Part shown: positions 50,801-58,990 of the stretch, piece after piece
Layout: each line of letters starts with the position of its first letter
Position numbering within the stretch: the first letter of the stretch is position 1
Assembly: GCA_965644295.1 (NCBI GenBank)
Contig: CBFFRP010000218.1
Coordinates: forward strand, 310,001 to 374,000
DNA: 64,000 nt
Source: Paraphysomonas bandaiensis
Taxonomy: Eukaryota > Protista > Chrysophyceae
Direction: 5' to 3'
Notes under the pieces: model-generated
Told to the model about the DNA's origin: nothing
The model's database searches: none
Seen by the model: the letters and a program-made list of their open reading frames with translations, nothing else
Position numbers and translations under genes: made by a program

Positions 50801-53800
50801 AACCGTTGATGTACGATCCCACGGATCATCTGACTGGAAGTCAGCGTACTGCGTGGTGCATAATGATATGATGTACATGTTTACCAATAGTATGATGAAT
50901 GAAATCGTTGGTGTCATTAACCTGTCATTGCCTAACCCGTCAAGTGACGAGGACGATATGGCTCGTGACCGGATGATGTTTGCCTCAGTTAGACTGCACA
51001 CCAAACGTGAATGGGACATCACGTCCATGTTTTCGAGCACGATAGGACTACAGTCAGCCCCAAGTGAACTGGACGGAATGAAGCTGTATTTTGAACGACT
51101 TCAGTTTTGGGATGTAAATTCTCTTCGTCGTGCGGCAGTGCGTATCGGTGCATGTTTAGGTGTATTTGAAAGCATTGATTTATCTGAGGACCCTTCTGGT
51201 GACGAATCATCGTCAGGCGAGGCTAGTGAGGTTGAAACCGCCAAGAGCTTCTCTGTTCACCACAGAGAGTTTGCTATGAAAGAACTGCGTTCCGTTTTGC
51301 GGAAAGGATATACTGTCGATAATCTGGTTAGTATAGTTTCAGAAACTCCGCTGTTATGTGCAGATATTCTCAACGCCCTCGTAGTTGTCGGCGAGGCACC
51401 GAATGAGAAGTATGCCTACTATCTGCTGAAGGAAATGTGCAGCAGAGCTATAATCAAGCGAGCGAAATCAGAGAAGTTTCTTCACACCGAAATTTCTGAT
51501 TCCTCTGTCGACGTTTCGACATCCAATATCGTGGCTGGTCTGCAGTTTTCAGACTTGTTACTTATTTTTCCACCTAGCCTTGCGACAGAGCTAAGTATAT
51601 CAACAGCAGAGGATAACGAATTAGAACCCTCACGAGAGTCATTTATCAAATCTGCAAGACCTAATTGCGAGTATCGATTCGAAGTTTCATTTGGATCTTC
51701 GATGTATAAATTTCGGTGCTCATCGGAGGCGGATTTATGGCGATGGTTATATTCGATTCGGCTCTGTATTGAGAAGACATGGGTAGAACATATTCAGCAT
51801 ATAGATAGACATTCTACTGGCAATGAGATATCGACCGTAGACTCACTCGAAACAACTGTAAAACTCAAAGTACGAACAGATGGACCGATGAAAGTGCTTG
51901 AACTCACCGAGGAATCTGCACTATTTCCGACTGCAGATAGCAGTGAAGTCGAGGCGGATACTGCTTTGGGATCAGGTGAATCACACGACGAATCAGAACC
52001 ACACGGCGATGAATTGAAACCGCCATCTGCAGAGGTTAATGTGTCTGTGTTTTTCCCTTCCATTGGTTTCTCGCTTGTTGACAACGACCCGACGGAGTTG
52101 GTCTACCTTAGATTTAGAGATATCCAGATATCAATAGAGAGGACGACACAAAGAATGCTCTCTGCATTAACAATTCAATATATTCAAATCGACAACCAGC
52201 TGTTAAATCCGCTCTATCCTGTCAGTTTTAGACCTCGCACGAATCATTCCATCAGTGGGGATTGCGGGGATGGTAAGAGTCAAAAGAAAGTTCTTATGTT
52301 GCCTGGACTTCAGCAGATTGGGGATGACACTTTCCCGACTGTACATGGTTTTATACAACAGCGCTTGGATGTTGGGACGAGTACAACTGCATTCGGTCTC
52401 ACAACTACCGAGGATGAGTCAGATTTACTGTACTTTGACCTTTTCTCTCTGTGGATTGCCCCCGTTGAGTTGTCTATTGATGAAGAAATATTTGTACGCG
52501 TATTAAGAGTATTACAAGCTCTTCGGTCGGCAAATTCGAAGGCCAAAGCAGGGAAAATGGTAACTGTTGATGGAGAGGCTCTAAATGAAAAAGACCCTTA
52601 TTGTGCATCAGCTTGTTTTACGGCATACCAAACGTTAAACTCGGCTGGAGTGAATATCTATGTCTTGCATTCGTCCAATACTCGCCCAGCGTACTTGTCA
52701 AAGAATATATACTTTTCACTACTCCAGCTTCATCCTGTAGACCTTGTTTTAAGCATTCGATCAACACCGGATTTCAAAATCAGTACCACTGAGGATAATT
52801 TTTTAACACTAGCTGTTCGAGTTGACTACGGTCGAATTCGACTCAATGCTCTTATGATCAATAATGTGTTTGGAATGACCTCATTTATTACGTCGATATT
52901 ATCTAAGCACTATACCTATGCTGCACTTAGCCAAATATATGCGTTAATAGGAAGCACAGATGTCATAGAAGGTTCAGTGGGTTTACTATCTAACCTTGGA
53001 ACTGGAGTGTATGACTTGTTTTATGAGCCAATAGAAGGATTGCTGGGAGATGAACAGACATTCATTGAAGGTCTCTCCAAAGGAAGTAAGAGTCTTGCTA
53101 CTCGAGCTATTGGAGGCACATCTGCGTTTACCAGTAAGATCACAGGTGGTTTGGGTAAAGGTATGTCCCTTCTGACTCTGGACAGCCGTTACCAAAAGTC
53201 CCGAGAGAAGGACCGCCTCAAGGCTGCCCAATCCGTTTCGGAGGGCTTGTACTACGGCTCGTATGAGTTTGGAAAGAATGTATATCAGGGCGTTACAGGA
53301 ATAGTTGTTGAGCCGTACAGAGGGTGGGTAGAAGAGGGGGGTGTGGGTTTAGGCATGGGAATAGCGAAAGGAATCCTTGGCGTCGCTCTCAAGCCAGCAG
53401 TTGGTGTCCTGGATCTTGCATCCAGAACAACAGAAGGTATTCGCCATGCAGCTTTCAACACTCGTCTGGAAGCAGATTACCTGAATTCATCTGGAAGGTG
53501 TCGTCTACCACGACAGTTTGGGCGAGATGGCGAGCTCCTCTTTTACACGACGCATCTATCGACTCTGCAGATGATTGTCGATAAGCTGACCATCCCTACG
53601 CGAGAGTTGCGTTTCTATGTCGTCCATGCCCTCCCAATTGTGCGAAGTTATTTTGACGCACAGTTATCTTCTGAAGGAACAGGTGGTCAGAGTATAAACA
53701 GTGAGATCAGAGGCTATGCATTAGGTAACAAATACTTTGTTTTGACGAGTGTAGACCGGATTATGCTATTAAAAGTTGAGTTTATTCCTAACAAACCAGT

Positions 53801-54755
53801 TATCAAAGTCAGTATATCATGGACATGTCCCACTGACATGATTGAGCAATTCTATAGCGATTCGAAGGAAGATACGCTATTGGTGATAAGAGAGGACAGT
53901 CGACCGCTTATTCAACACGGGGAGCCCTGGAACTCGCCGTACCCAACTATTCAAGATCCGTTCTTGATGGATTATTTTGTCTTCCAAGAGTGCTTAGAGA
54001 AACTCCTCGGTCAAAATTTGGCGCGAGAGCACCCCATGGTGCCAGATCGCGATAAGGCTATGTGCATCACTCTCAGCCGCAAACGAACGGGTATTAAAAG
54101 TATTGTACATTCTACGACACGGCACGAGTATCGTTTGTATAAATATGTCCTCTATGAGTTTACCGAGATCCCTAAAGAAATCTCTGATCAGCCATACAAG
54201 ATAACAGACAGTGGGGAAGCGACTTGTAGAGGTTCTCCTGAGGTTGTCTTTAATGCTCTCTCCAGCGTCGGTACATTTTTTGAAGAGGTGTTTGAGACGC
54301 GTATACCTTCGCGAGTAGAGTGCGAAACAGAGGTCGAGGAAACTCAGATGCTGCTTACAACTGCTCTCCCTCTGATTGACATGAGGGTATGTGGACCCGA
54401 CCAGGAGAGTGCGGCACATTTTTCGATTACGTTGAAGAGAAGAAGTGCTTCTACAGATTTAGAGTTGATCAAACGTGAAGATTTAAGCAGTCGATTAAAA
54501 CTGTCAAATAGAGATTCGTTAAAATTGATATTTGATAGTAGGAGGGCGGCTCAAAATTGGAAAATTTATATTGCCGAGTCTTCAGCGTCAGTGATGCTGC
54601 CTTCTGGAGCGGCTTCTGGTTTATTTTCTTCACAGGTATTATCGAACTCTGTGAAAAGGAATCTTGTAATTCCCCTCAGCGGAACAGACTTACGACTGGC
54701 TGAAAACCTAAAAATAGAAATTGCAAAAAATTTGTCGCGCCGAGAAAGTCTGTAG
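41832..54755 (+). CDS. VPS13: VPS13-family bridge-like lipid transfer protein (~4300 aa)
   Basis: Single ORF with first ATG at 41832. Motifs FEPAIE, YRIVNRLG, LWLINRTG, WPPYRVENMT, DGPMKVLEL, IGFSLVD, IQIDNQL, LHPVDLVLS, the Gly-rich ATG2_C region GIAKGILGVALKPAVGVLDLASRTTEGIR, and RLPRQFG. Confidence 0.9.
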   Translation: MLREVLSFALRAWHYVVTLCGRIYCVICVLSRLVPSCNAFSGELNFPAFDCMDIRIGDFLVQRLCWESIIIKFRWSGLEISCCSVKCDVHIPDRSRTYTNNASRSNVKCETRPLWLSFVPPVHIEIVSLLLVGISKDSNLVELNMSALDSKIEKRLLNPAFTVETMNFRVAGRHQAVSDIICAEKINFRICHRNISVALNSVELNADFNTCDTITDLLGCLLPPHRDCDVEEGAGAIQVETVLQAYKNSNNEIEKNEDIGRRQKDRVGDGNASCSYTCSLPPMKVNVDIGVIVVATVSREPPSSRRRHFSICGINVQYSTSPVSFSLQCKQYSAQPFDTQHLVGYDLNSAGNWLMVEYVDKPCERAMSSVNACSRHPVLSIHVRPVLLPVYLDDLCSAMLLWKDIVSLTESRYTLRELRCRKLNRIRDTTSHTFRPIEVNVQCDSVDLVLLVPTWLNKRYLVWRTCDFGIRTICSPDQNTWSLCLSIGRILSLIQFPVSESTQKHEILSLNKVSVKLPLHDHEKVQFAKVVEFVESSPTMSYAYCSEWLETNSSARRIDQRCCASVDECIVSISDSDVAVITSVINALSLSLRTYVAPEDSFARIFHTRNIPCCCLDMNIHSFEVILQNLAGSSKYKRSPQKFRVGSHDIEVSMALAPPVVRCVHISTASSRVQLTCSRDDIEIPLMNFDLFQHTSEKRRFTIAKLISRPVDIWFCQESSYPLALAFVSTACYLQIYCLSGHIDTSDCIALSDFITESKVQTYHSREWFVRLSRRLPHSVLVVPSMHVNNTLTADISPLVIALVDIERTRIDMLHHSVDVGFILAKSIGISSVTYILPGLYQVSGRVLDVCIADLTEEKSFYKNVVECVQSENAADVARPVVEFHMTSYLNAKPLLEVNSHNLRVVYLQRAVMTIISYIRDCALAELFRSVPYKSTPVVVSGICNDDLVYTALSQALPVLDPGVFRFAWNISNSEFHLPVNSRSDDGLVFVFKRLYMYSLYVDYEFFGKTGYSMGPLCSDRHIWLSKYYALKSLCSEISTTSRCWDVTAYPNHLLSPIAFSQSHDSSNLKHETQLAMNLTDSVICTWCSDNTIAKGLNIGALLTIQEVHQAPSGLYSSVFNSLGFISMYPLNIFATELMIEEVDWVLSRGQYMAIVLLIQQNFPELTKVVPPLPCSVPCNVHLNTNLFGKRALEDRLPFHITVPLDVEYGRIHMIEDNKEYYRRLFSSHQAKSKFVKDENYLLYVREETENFVTHWFDSEVRLETENDCEVFEQFNCFQVPNWSFHHTFRKYMEFGFKNYVIAEDDVLSGDSGSDSDSRTNRSVNSLDSIGIIFFTSLEFNFLRQHHGGGISIVASAKDFVITRGSNWDSFHSGCRPEDIVMDSDDDSFDEKTRDPLNVLYDIDDIPEEFIIVKQTPCLPESIDPQSFPDVERRSIHYFQNGMANLRRCIVELDDCIAVVHIPALMRIINFFVECITLTDMREKDHIDVDLDMGRFNFRALLDVEIYATNTVVCFPNYTFQCQSDTRGLCVGMASLQYTHTWRGLIEAGPGWVGIQVIVDIGSVFISPLDELGTQEIESVVSPLKLMFSSHYCVSPPASNAMTHFEVVRRDVDVPFPSAQDIRENRALSDHVMLLTLKPASPPHIAEDDEDDGVISPRVPDHFSEKSQLIDIKVSIPDMMFINAVQSSLCDAYKSRKMRPPIRDSFRILFQSFHDIAHTWRLTDILSYVPNSDLPSLRVSDFILDTADFHVLIRNNTYGVKIARILINEPRFSFNKSRKGINIAGSLDSLLYLHNPKMGKFEPAIESLKVTAICATDVTSTSQERPSGDQSQPTSNTTNKLRFDMYFEPVEVNVAQSMYVGTIGKLSLGDVITSKSASLPVYRIVNRLGVAATCLLNVGRRDESVVSKELGVDEVLAVDTRLYDAHRGESRTRQHFTRDSDKSFSYSGLSFGFNNTTDESHTIELLFEMDNLKYKSQTPVPIDNEGLFQFIMKPMMNSYQARERNLTDDFVDISAPPELLYAQKPGSNNIAVLMSMRVVDTSGTRELELRSICSLRNDTECEVQFQAELCGSSVDVTLKPDEEWFLPVYLISSQTSIHMRLADLFSIFRGQNSNDDQPSRYLVKALPSLYSFVHTTTAWVGSSVSLKMRASLVTMFRTHSIDNSYDELAQWTCMLLPEPLDVESCGDGDGTSKTTKKRRCVVKYPTADSFTQEFLTPSSNSRVHTEESPTSTGSTFRRFSIRPTPSKKHLNDVRENMENEPSMRQASDILHQRIVPSRLCIVAPIRFVNLFCQPIVYRFAEKRSALNCSEGTLIAGGSINLYHNPLRGLNVSIRVLNYKWSNWIRLPVFPPHSKTSEEILESLRLIHEDHPIRVPPLTFNVSCHDRNVKVVCPLWLINRTGMNIHYAEGVSMLPSGERLSTRYIPHRGQQRIETSLVHIPPSGVREGVPLERKIFKIPMKDRVGRHSSMILPRGGLLQFTVCSPFDHCKAVVVSLPGSCTVDLLVMEVLKKLLNAANYTPWVSDGPLPHDPAGFINGHSMKPSDYLLFHLSEQGSTLSAHPRAPVDMQLMEDSDSKHSTSDVSVDESFSSKQTGHHHTLGTDYGGSDLDALISLGLNVTPFINENGTTLRNDTQLHAVPEPRRLLLCHASEFKIVDQLAGVKMVPKRKESSVVSMLGFKKYLPVMPFRYFDGDIPFNPMGVLGMFPSFSVCIPNETEWSDAVNVQKVDFDVTGSRNLDLVVSSNCQTTQSELYELSLLVKHGEGIFKGIAAVTIVPRLILSSKLPFALQIRQVVYDETGAVTESSAPFMLLPGSIQQFHHPLRRGTKLVQMMQYSSSNADENLSMEWGGELSLTVLGVTHVRLRNPDKIVNVRVESVGSSLYATLSLQNAKWPPYRVENMTSFKVRVKQVCKKLKREPCQEDTVSPRSSIPYAWDYCFNYSTEKMLLQVDFAQIGNRWTSIEFPMNEVDHTCEIALTRLLPDLRHPITEGTVDVRSHGSSDWKSAYCVVHNDMMYMFTNSMMNEIVGVINLSLPNPSSDEDDMARDRMMFASVRLHTKREWDITSMFSSTIGLQSAPSELDGMKLYFERLQFWDVNSLRRAAVRIGACLGVFESIDLSEDPSGDESSSGEASEVETAKSFSVHHREFAMKELRSVLRKGYTVDNLVSIVSETPLLCADILNALVVVGEAPNEKYAYYLLKEMCSRAIIKRAKSEKFLHTEISDSSVDVSTSNIVAGLQFSDLLLIFPPSLATELSISTAEDNELEPSRESFIKSARPNCEYRFEVSFGSSMYKFRCSSEADLWRWLYSIRLCIEKTWVEHIQHIDRHSTGNEISTVDSLETTVKLKVRTDGPMKVLELTEESALFPTADSSEVEADTALGSGESHDESEPHGDELKPPSAEVNVSVFFPSIGFSLVDNDPTELVYLRFRDIQISIERTTQRMLSALTIQYIQIDNQLLNPLYPVSFRPRTNHSISGDCGDGKSQKKVLMLPGLQQIGDDTFPTVHGFIQQRLDVGTSTTAFGLTTTEDESDLLYFDLFSLWIAPVELSIDEEIFVRVLRVLQALRSANSKAKAGKMVTVDGEALNEKDPYCASACFTAYQTLNSAGVNIYVLHSSNTRPAYLSKNIYFSLLQLHPVDLVLSIRSTPDFKISTTEDNFLTLAVRVDYGRIRLNALMINNVFGMTSFITSILSKHYTYAALSQIYALIGSTDVIEGSVGLLSNLGTGVYDLFYEPIEGLLGDEQTFIEGLSKGSKSLATRAIGGTSAFTSKITGGLGKGMSLLTLDSRYQKSREKDRLKAAQSVSEGLYYGSYEFGKNVYQGVTGIVVEPYRGWVEEGGVGLGMGIAKGILGVALKPAVGVLDLASRTTEGIRHAAFNTRLEADYLNSSGRCRLPRQFGRDGELLFYTTHLSTLQMIVDKLTIPTRELRFYVVHALPIVRSYFDAQLSSEGTGGQSINSEIRGYALGNKYFVLTSVDRIMLLKVEFIPNKPVIKVSISWTCPTDMIEQFYSDSKEDTLLVIREDSRPLIQHGEPWNSPYPTIQDPFLMDYFVFQECLEKLLGQNLAREHPMVPDRDKAMCITLSRKRTGIKSIVHSTTRHEYRLYKYVLYEFTEIPKEISDQPYKITDSGEATCRGSPEVVFNALSSVGTFFEEVFETRIPSRVECETEVEETQMLLTTALPLIDMRVCGPDQESAAHFSITLKRRSASTDLELIKREDLSSRLKLSNRDSLKLIFDSRRAAQNWKIYIAESSASVMLPSGAASGLFSSQVLSNSVKRNLVIPLSGTDLRLAENLKIEIAKNLSRRESL

Positions 54756-55655
54756 TATTTTTTTAACCAGTCTGCAGTGGGAGAAGTGGAGAATATTTCT
54801 GTTGTTATATGTCGAAATATGTTAACGTTTTTCTTTGTGTAAATAATAATTGTCTAGAAAATAATATAACGAATACAATGGTTGTATATGATGTAGAATT
54901 TTGCTGTTTGTGAGAATTAAAAGTTGTATTTCTAAGGTATTTGAATTATGACCATTTAAAAAATTAATAGTCACTTGAAAAATACAGTAGTGATTTACAG
55001 TGCTATCTGCGCAAATAATTATGAAACTGAAATATATTGGCTGTATAAGGTCGTGTCTATCTGAGATCAGATAATATTGATTGGTGGTTGAAAGAATATA
55101 CCTGTAGCGAATAGCAATGAATGATCTAAGAGATGATGATTATAATTTTAATAATTGCGTGTGTACGTTCAGTTTATTTAATGAGAAGCCTTGCTCTAGA
55201 AGTGAACATATTATATCTGTAATCTCATTATGATTTCAATCATTTTTACTCTCTAGATATCATGAAAGATTGAAAGTCCTATTATTAGCAATAGGCGTTA
55301 AAAACCTGCACCAACTTAATAGCTAGATGAATGCTAGACAAACTAGTTTGACTTCTACCTGTAACTAATCAGTACACACTTTTTTTATCCTTCTTATTAG
55401 GAGTCATTGATTCACGTATATCCCTTAACGCGTGAATACAACACACGTATACAATGAAATACCAAATAGACTGAATAGTTACCAAACTATACATGATACG
55501 CGACTGTACAAGATACGCACATGTGTGTGGTGCTAACGCTCTGCTCAAACGTGTCTTGCTATTATACTATTAGGCCTTATCGTTCAATCTTTATCTCTAA
55601 TAATATCAAGTATATCCTTACTAAATATCAAGACTAACCTTAAATCTTAAAGCGG

Positions 55656-58600
55656 ATGAGTTCTAATACTAACAGTTACGATAACTCCGACTCCGATTCA
55701 TCGGACAAGAGGAAGGATTCCATGCCACCCTTCGACGCCAAGAACTTCTCAAAATGGCAGAAGAAAAGTAGAGCCTGGTTCTTTCGTAAGCCCAAGATAG
55801 TATTATACATCCTAAGAAACGATGCGCCAGAGGAGCCTATACGTCAAGAGGAAGAAACAGAAGAGGACTACCTATACAGGAAAAACGCCTACGACGAAAA
55901 TATGCAGTATTTCGAGGAGGGCAACAATTACCTATGGTCACTTCTATCCAGCGCGGTGATTGGCCAAAACGAGGAAGCAGAGGGTATTATCGAAACAGTC
56001 CCTGAAGGAGATGGAAAAAGGGCATGGTCAGAGATCGAAAAGCATTTCAAAGACAAGACCTCAAATGATACGATAACCGACCTCATTGGCCAACTGCAAT
56101 CACAATCAAAATCAAGCAAGCTCAAACAATCAATCAATTCCTGGACGAAGTCGAAAAATTGCGATTAAAGCTCGCTACACACACGGCCACAAAGTCTCTG
56201 AACAAGACCTCATTTCAAGAATACGACAATGGATGGTCTCAAATGAGAACCAGACCTATAAGGACCTCAGTGGCAATCAACCTCCAAATGAACCCAATTG
56301 ATAATTATAAAACGCTGATAAGAAGATTGAGAGCATTCGAGCATTCCACTGTAGGCTCCCTACTATCACAAAATACGGAAACCAAACGGGATAGCGCAAA
56401 CTACTGCTCAACAGGCAAACAGCCGTTTAACCCCCGTCTATCGAAAAAGCAAAAGCACAACGGGCAGCGAAATCCAACAAAACACAAGAAATTCAACAAG
56501 TCCAGCAGAGCTACAAATGCAAAGTCGCGCGAAGTTAAGTGTTTCAGATGCAATGGATCTAACCACATTGCAGCAGAGTGCAAGCACTCGTGGGAACACA
56601 TACAACAGATGCAGAAGTCCACAAACAAACGAAACGACGACAAAAGAGGGAAAGGGCATCACTCCAAGAACACATCATCAAAATACCCAAGAAACAGTCA
56701 TCGGGATTCGAACTTAAGACTGGAAGACTATGACGATGAGGGGCCAAACGATGACAATGACTACAGTGCATTCTCTGGGATGATCACAGACAATTACGGA
56801 ACACGAGAAGCAGGACTTCGGCATTCTAGACTCTGGCTGCACAATATCAATTACAGCAGCACGAAGCTTACTCTCCGAATTCACTTATGACCAAACCACC
56901 ATCTACACCGCCAAAAATCAGGATCAGAAATAATGCAGGCATTGGGCTACGGCAAGCTAGGACTGATCAGAAAGTGCACGTTAGTTCCAGATGCGTCAAA
57001 GACTTTAATTTCTATCACCCAGTTGACAACAGACGCCAACTGCAACATAGTATTCGGACAAAACGAGGCACGCATATACCACGATGGAATTTTGTTAACC
57101 ACAGCCAGGAAACAAAACGGTCTATATAAGAGGTCAAATTATCTGATTTAGGTTACATCCAAGACCAGTGCAACTTGGCATCTACATCAAACGGTTCCTC
57201 AATTTCCCTGGCACATCAAAGGTTGACCCACGCATCCATTGGCTTAATTCAAAAAGCACTAAAGTTGAATCTTGTAAAAGGAATCACTATTTCAAAATCC
57301 GACCTGAGCTCGCCACAGCTACCAGAAGGCCTTTGTGATGGCTGCGCACAAGGCAAGGCTCACAGGAGGAAACATAGGCGCGAGACTAGGCAAATGATAC
57401 CGACAAAAATCGGAAGATCGCAGGAGCTTGGAGGACTTATAGCAGTTGATTTTACTGGACCATTTTCACCTCCAGCAATAGTCACAGGAAACACCGTAGT
57501 CTTCGGAGCTACTGATGCAGCTTCAAGATACAGTTGGACATTCTATGGAAAACACAGAACCGAGGAAATTGTGGATTATCTGCATTCGAAAGACAAACGG
57601 CTAATACACTATCATGCTGATGGTGGCCGTGAGCTAGTATCACATCGTGTACTGAACTTGCTGAGAAAATTAGGATCAACCTGGACCTTCAACGCCCATA
57701 CACGCCTGAAGACAATCCCATTCAAGAACGACCATGGCACACGACCAAGGGAAGAAGAACGCTTGCATCCATTTGCAACTCAGGCCTACCACCCAACTTC
57801 TGGGAACAGGCCATGTCCACCGTCACGCATATGAAAAATCGCCTGCCATGCGCCAATACCTCGTTGGAATGACCCACACAGATCCACAGGATGGCCTTCA
57901 ATACATCACGACAAGAATCACAGTCATCAGAGGCCACGTGGCTGCTTACAGAGGATTGGCCCCACGAAAAAATGAAGGGCGAGTCATCGAGATAAATGGC
58001 CCAATACACGCTGCGAACATCGAAAGGTACACCGCCGAGCACTTTAGTTATCAGAACGCGGTATCACCCCCGTGGAAGGAACAGCTCCAGGGAGGAGCAG
58101 TTCAACCGATAGCCGTCATGACGCCACACGGGGCGGGAGTCACAGCCATTTGAGAGGACCCTACTCAAATGAGAAGGAGGCAAGGCCTCGCCGCACAGCA
58201 GAAGCTCAGCGGAATACAGTGCCGAAGGAGGCACGGGGTGACAACAAGTGTGATCACCCTGCGCGTAAGGTCAAACGAGCTATCAAGACTGTGAATTCCC
58301 AGGGTGACAGGAGCAGGCAAAGCCCGGATGGCACAATTACGGGTGTAAGGACACCATTATTATGACATATTATGTTGACATCATTATGCATGCAAATGAC
58401 ATTGTAGCAATGATGTACCTATAATACACCTAACAGAAGCGGAGTACATGGCACTATCAACAGCATGTCAAGAAGCTATTTGGCTACGGTCACTACTCTC
58501 GGAATTGGGCTTCCACATACCATACTCAACAACCATATGGTGTGACAACAAAGGTGCAATTCAACTATGCCTAAACCCCGTACATCACCGACGAACAAAA

Positions 58601-58990
58601 CATATTGCCATCAGATATCACTTCATAAGAGAACAAGTCGCATCGCACTCTATTATTGTTGATTACATGCCTACAAACGAGATGCTGGCTGACATTATTC
58701 TAACTAAACCTCTCACATCAAACACGTTCAACAGATTGCGATATTAACTAATGGGGGGGGAGGCATCAACATACCTGCTAGCAACCCACCGGCAGAAAAC
58801 TCAACCAACAAGAGACCACGATGGATGACTTGGAGATCTACGGAGTTTCCCACGAGTATGCTGTATGTTGACATCAGTGTAATCCACAATCTGTGATTGC
58901 ACTCGTGGGTTTTACCCTCAGTAGAACTCTATCTCCAAATATATACACCTAAATTTACATACGTCATGTGATTATTTCATTGAGGGGGAG
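55656..58990 (+). mobile_element. Decayed Ty1/Copia LTR retrotransposon (gag, protease, integrase, RNase H; RT deleted)
   Basis: Gag (FSKWQKK..DGKRAWSEIEKHF), zinc knuckle CFRCNGSNHIAAEC, frameshifted protease ILDSGC (~56823), HQRLTH..CDGC, integrase VDFTGP/HADGGRE, RNase H TEAEYMAL..CDNKGAI..HIAIRYHFIRE..MLADI, PPT TTGAGGGGGAG at 58980-58990. Several frameshifts. Confidence 0.92.

Noticed and set aside
42122-54419. Many antisense/alternate-frame ORFs overlapping VPS13
   Set aside because: Shadow ORFs of a long coding sequence with no independent motifs
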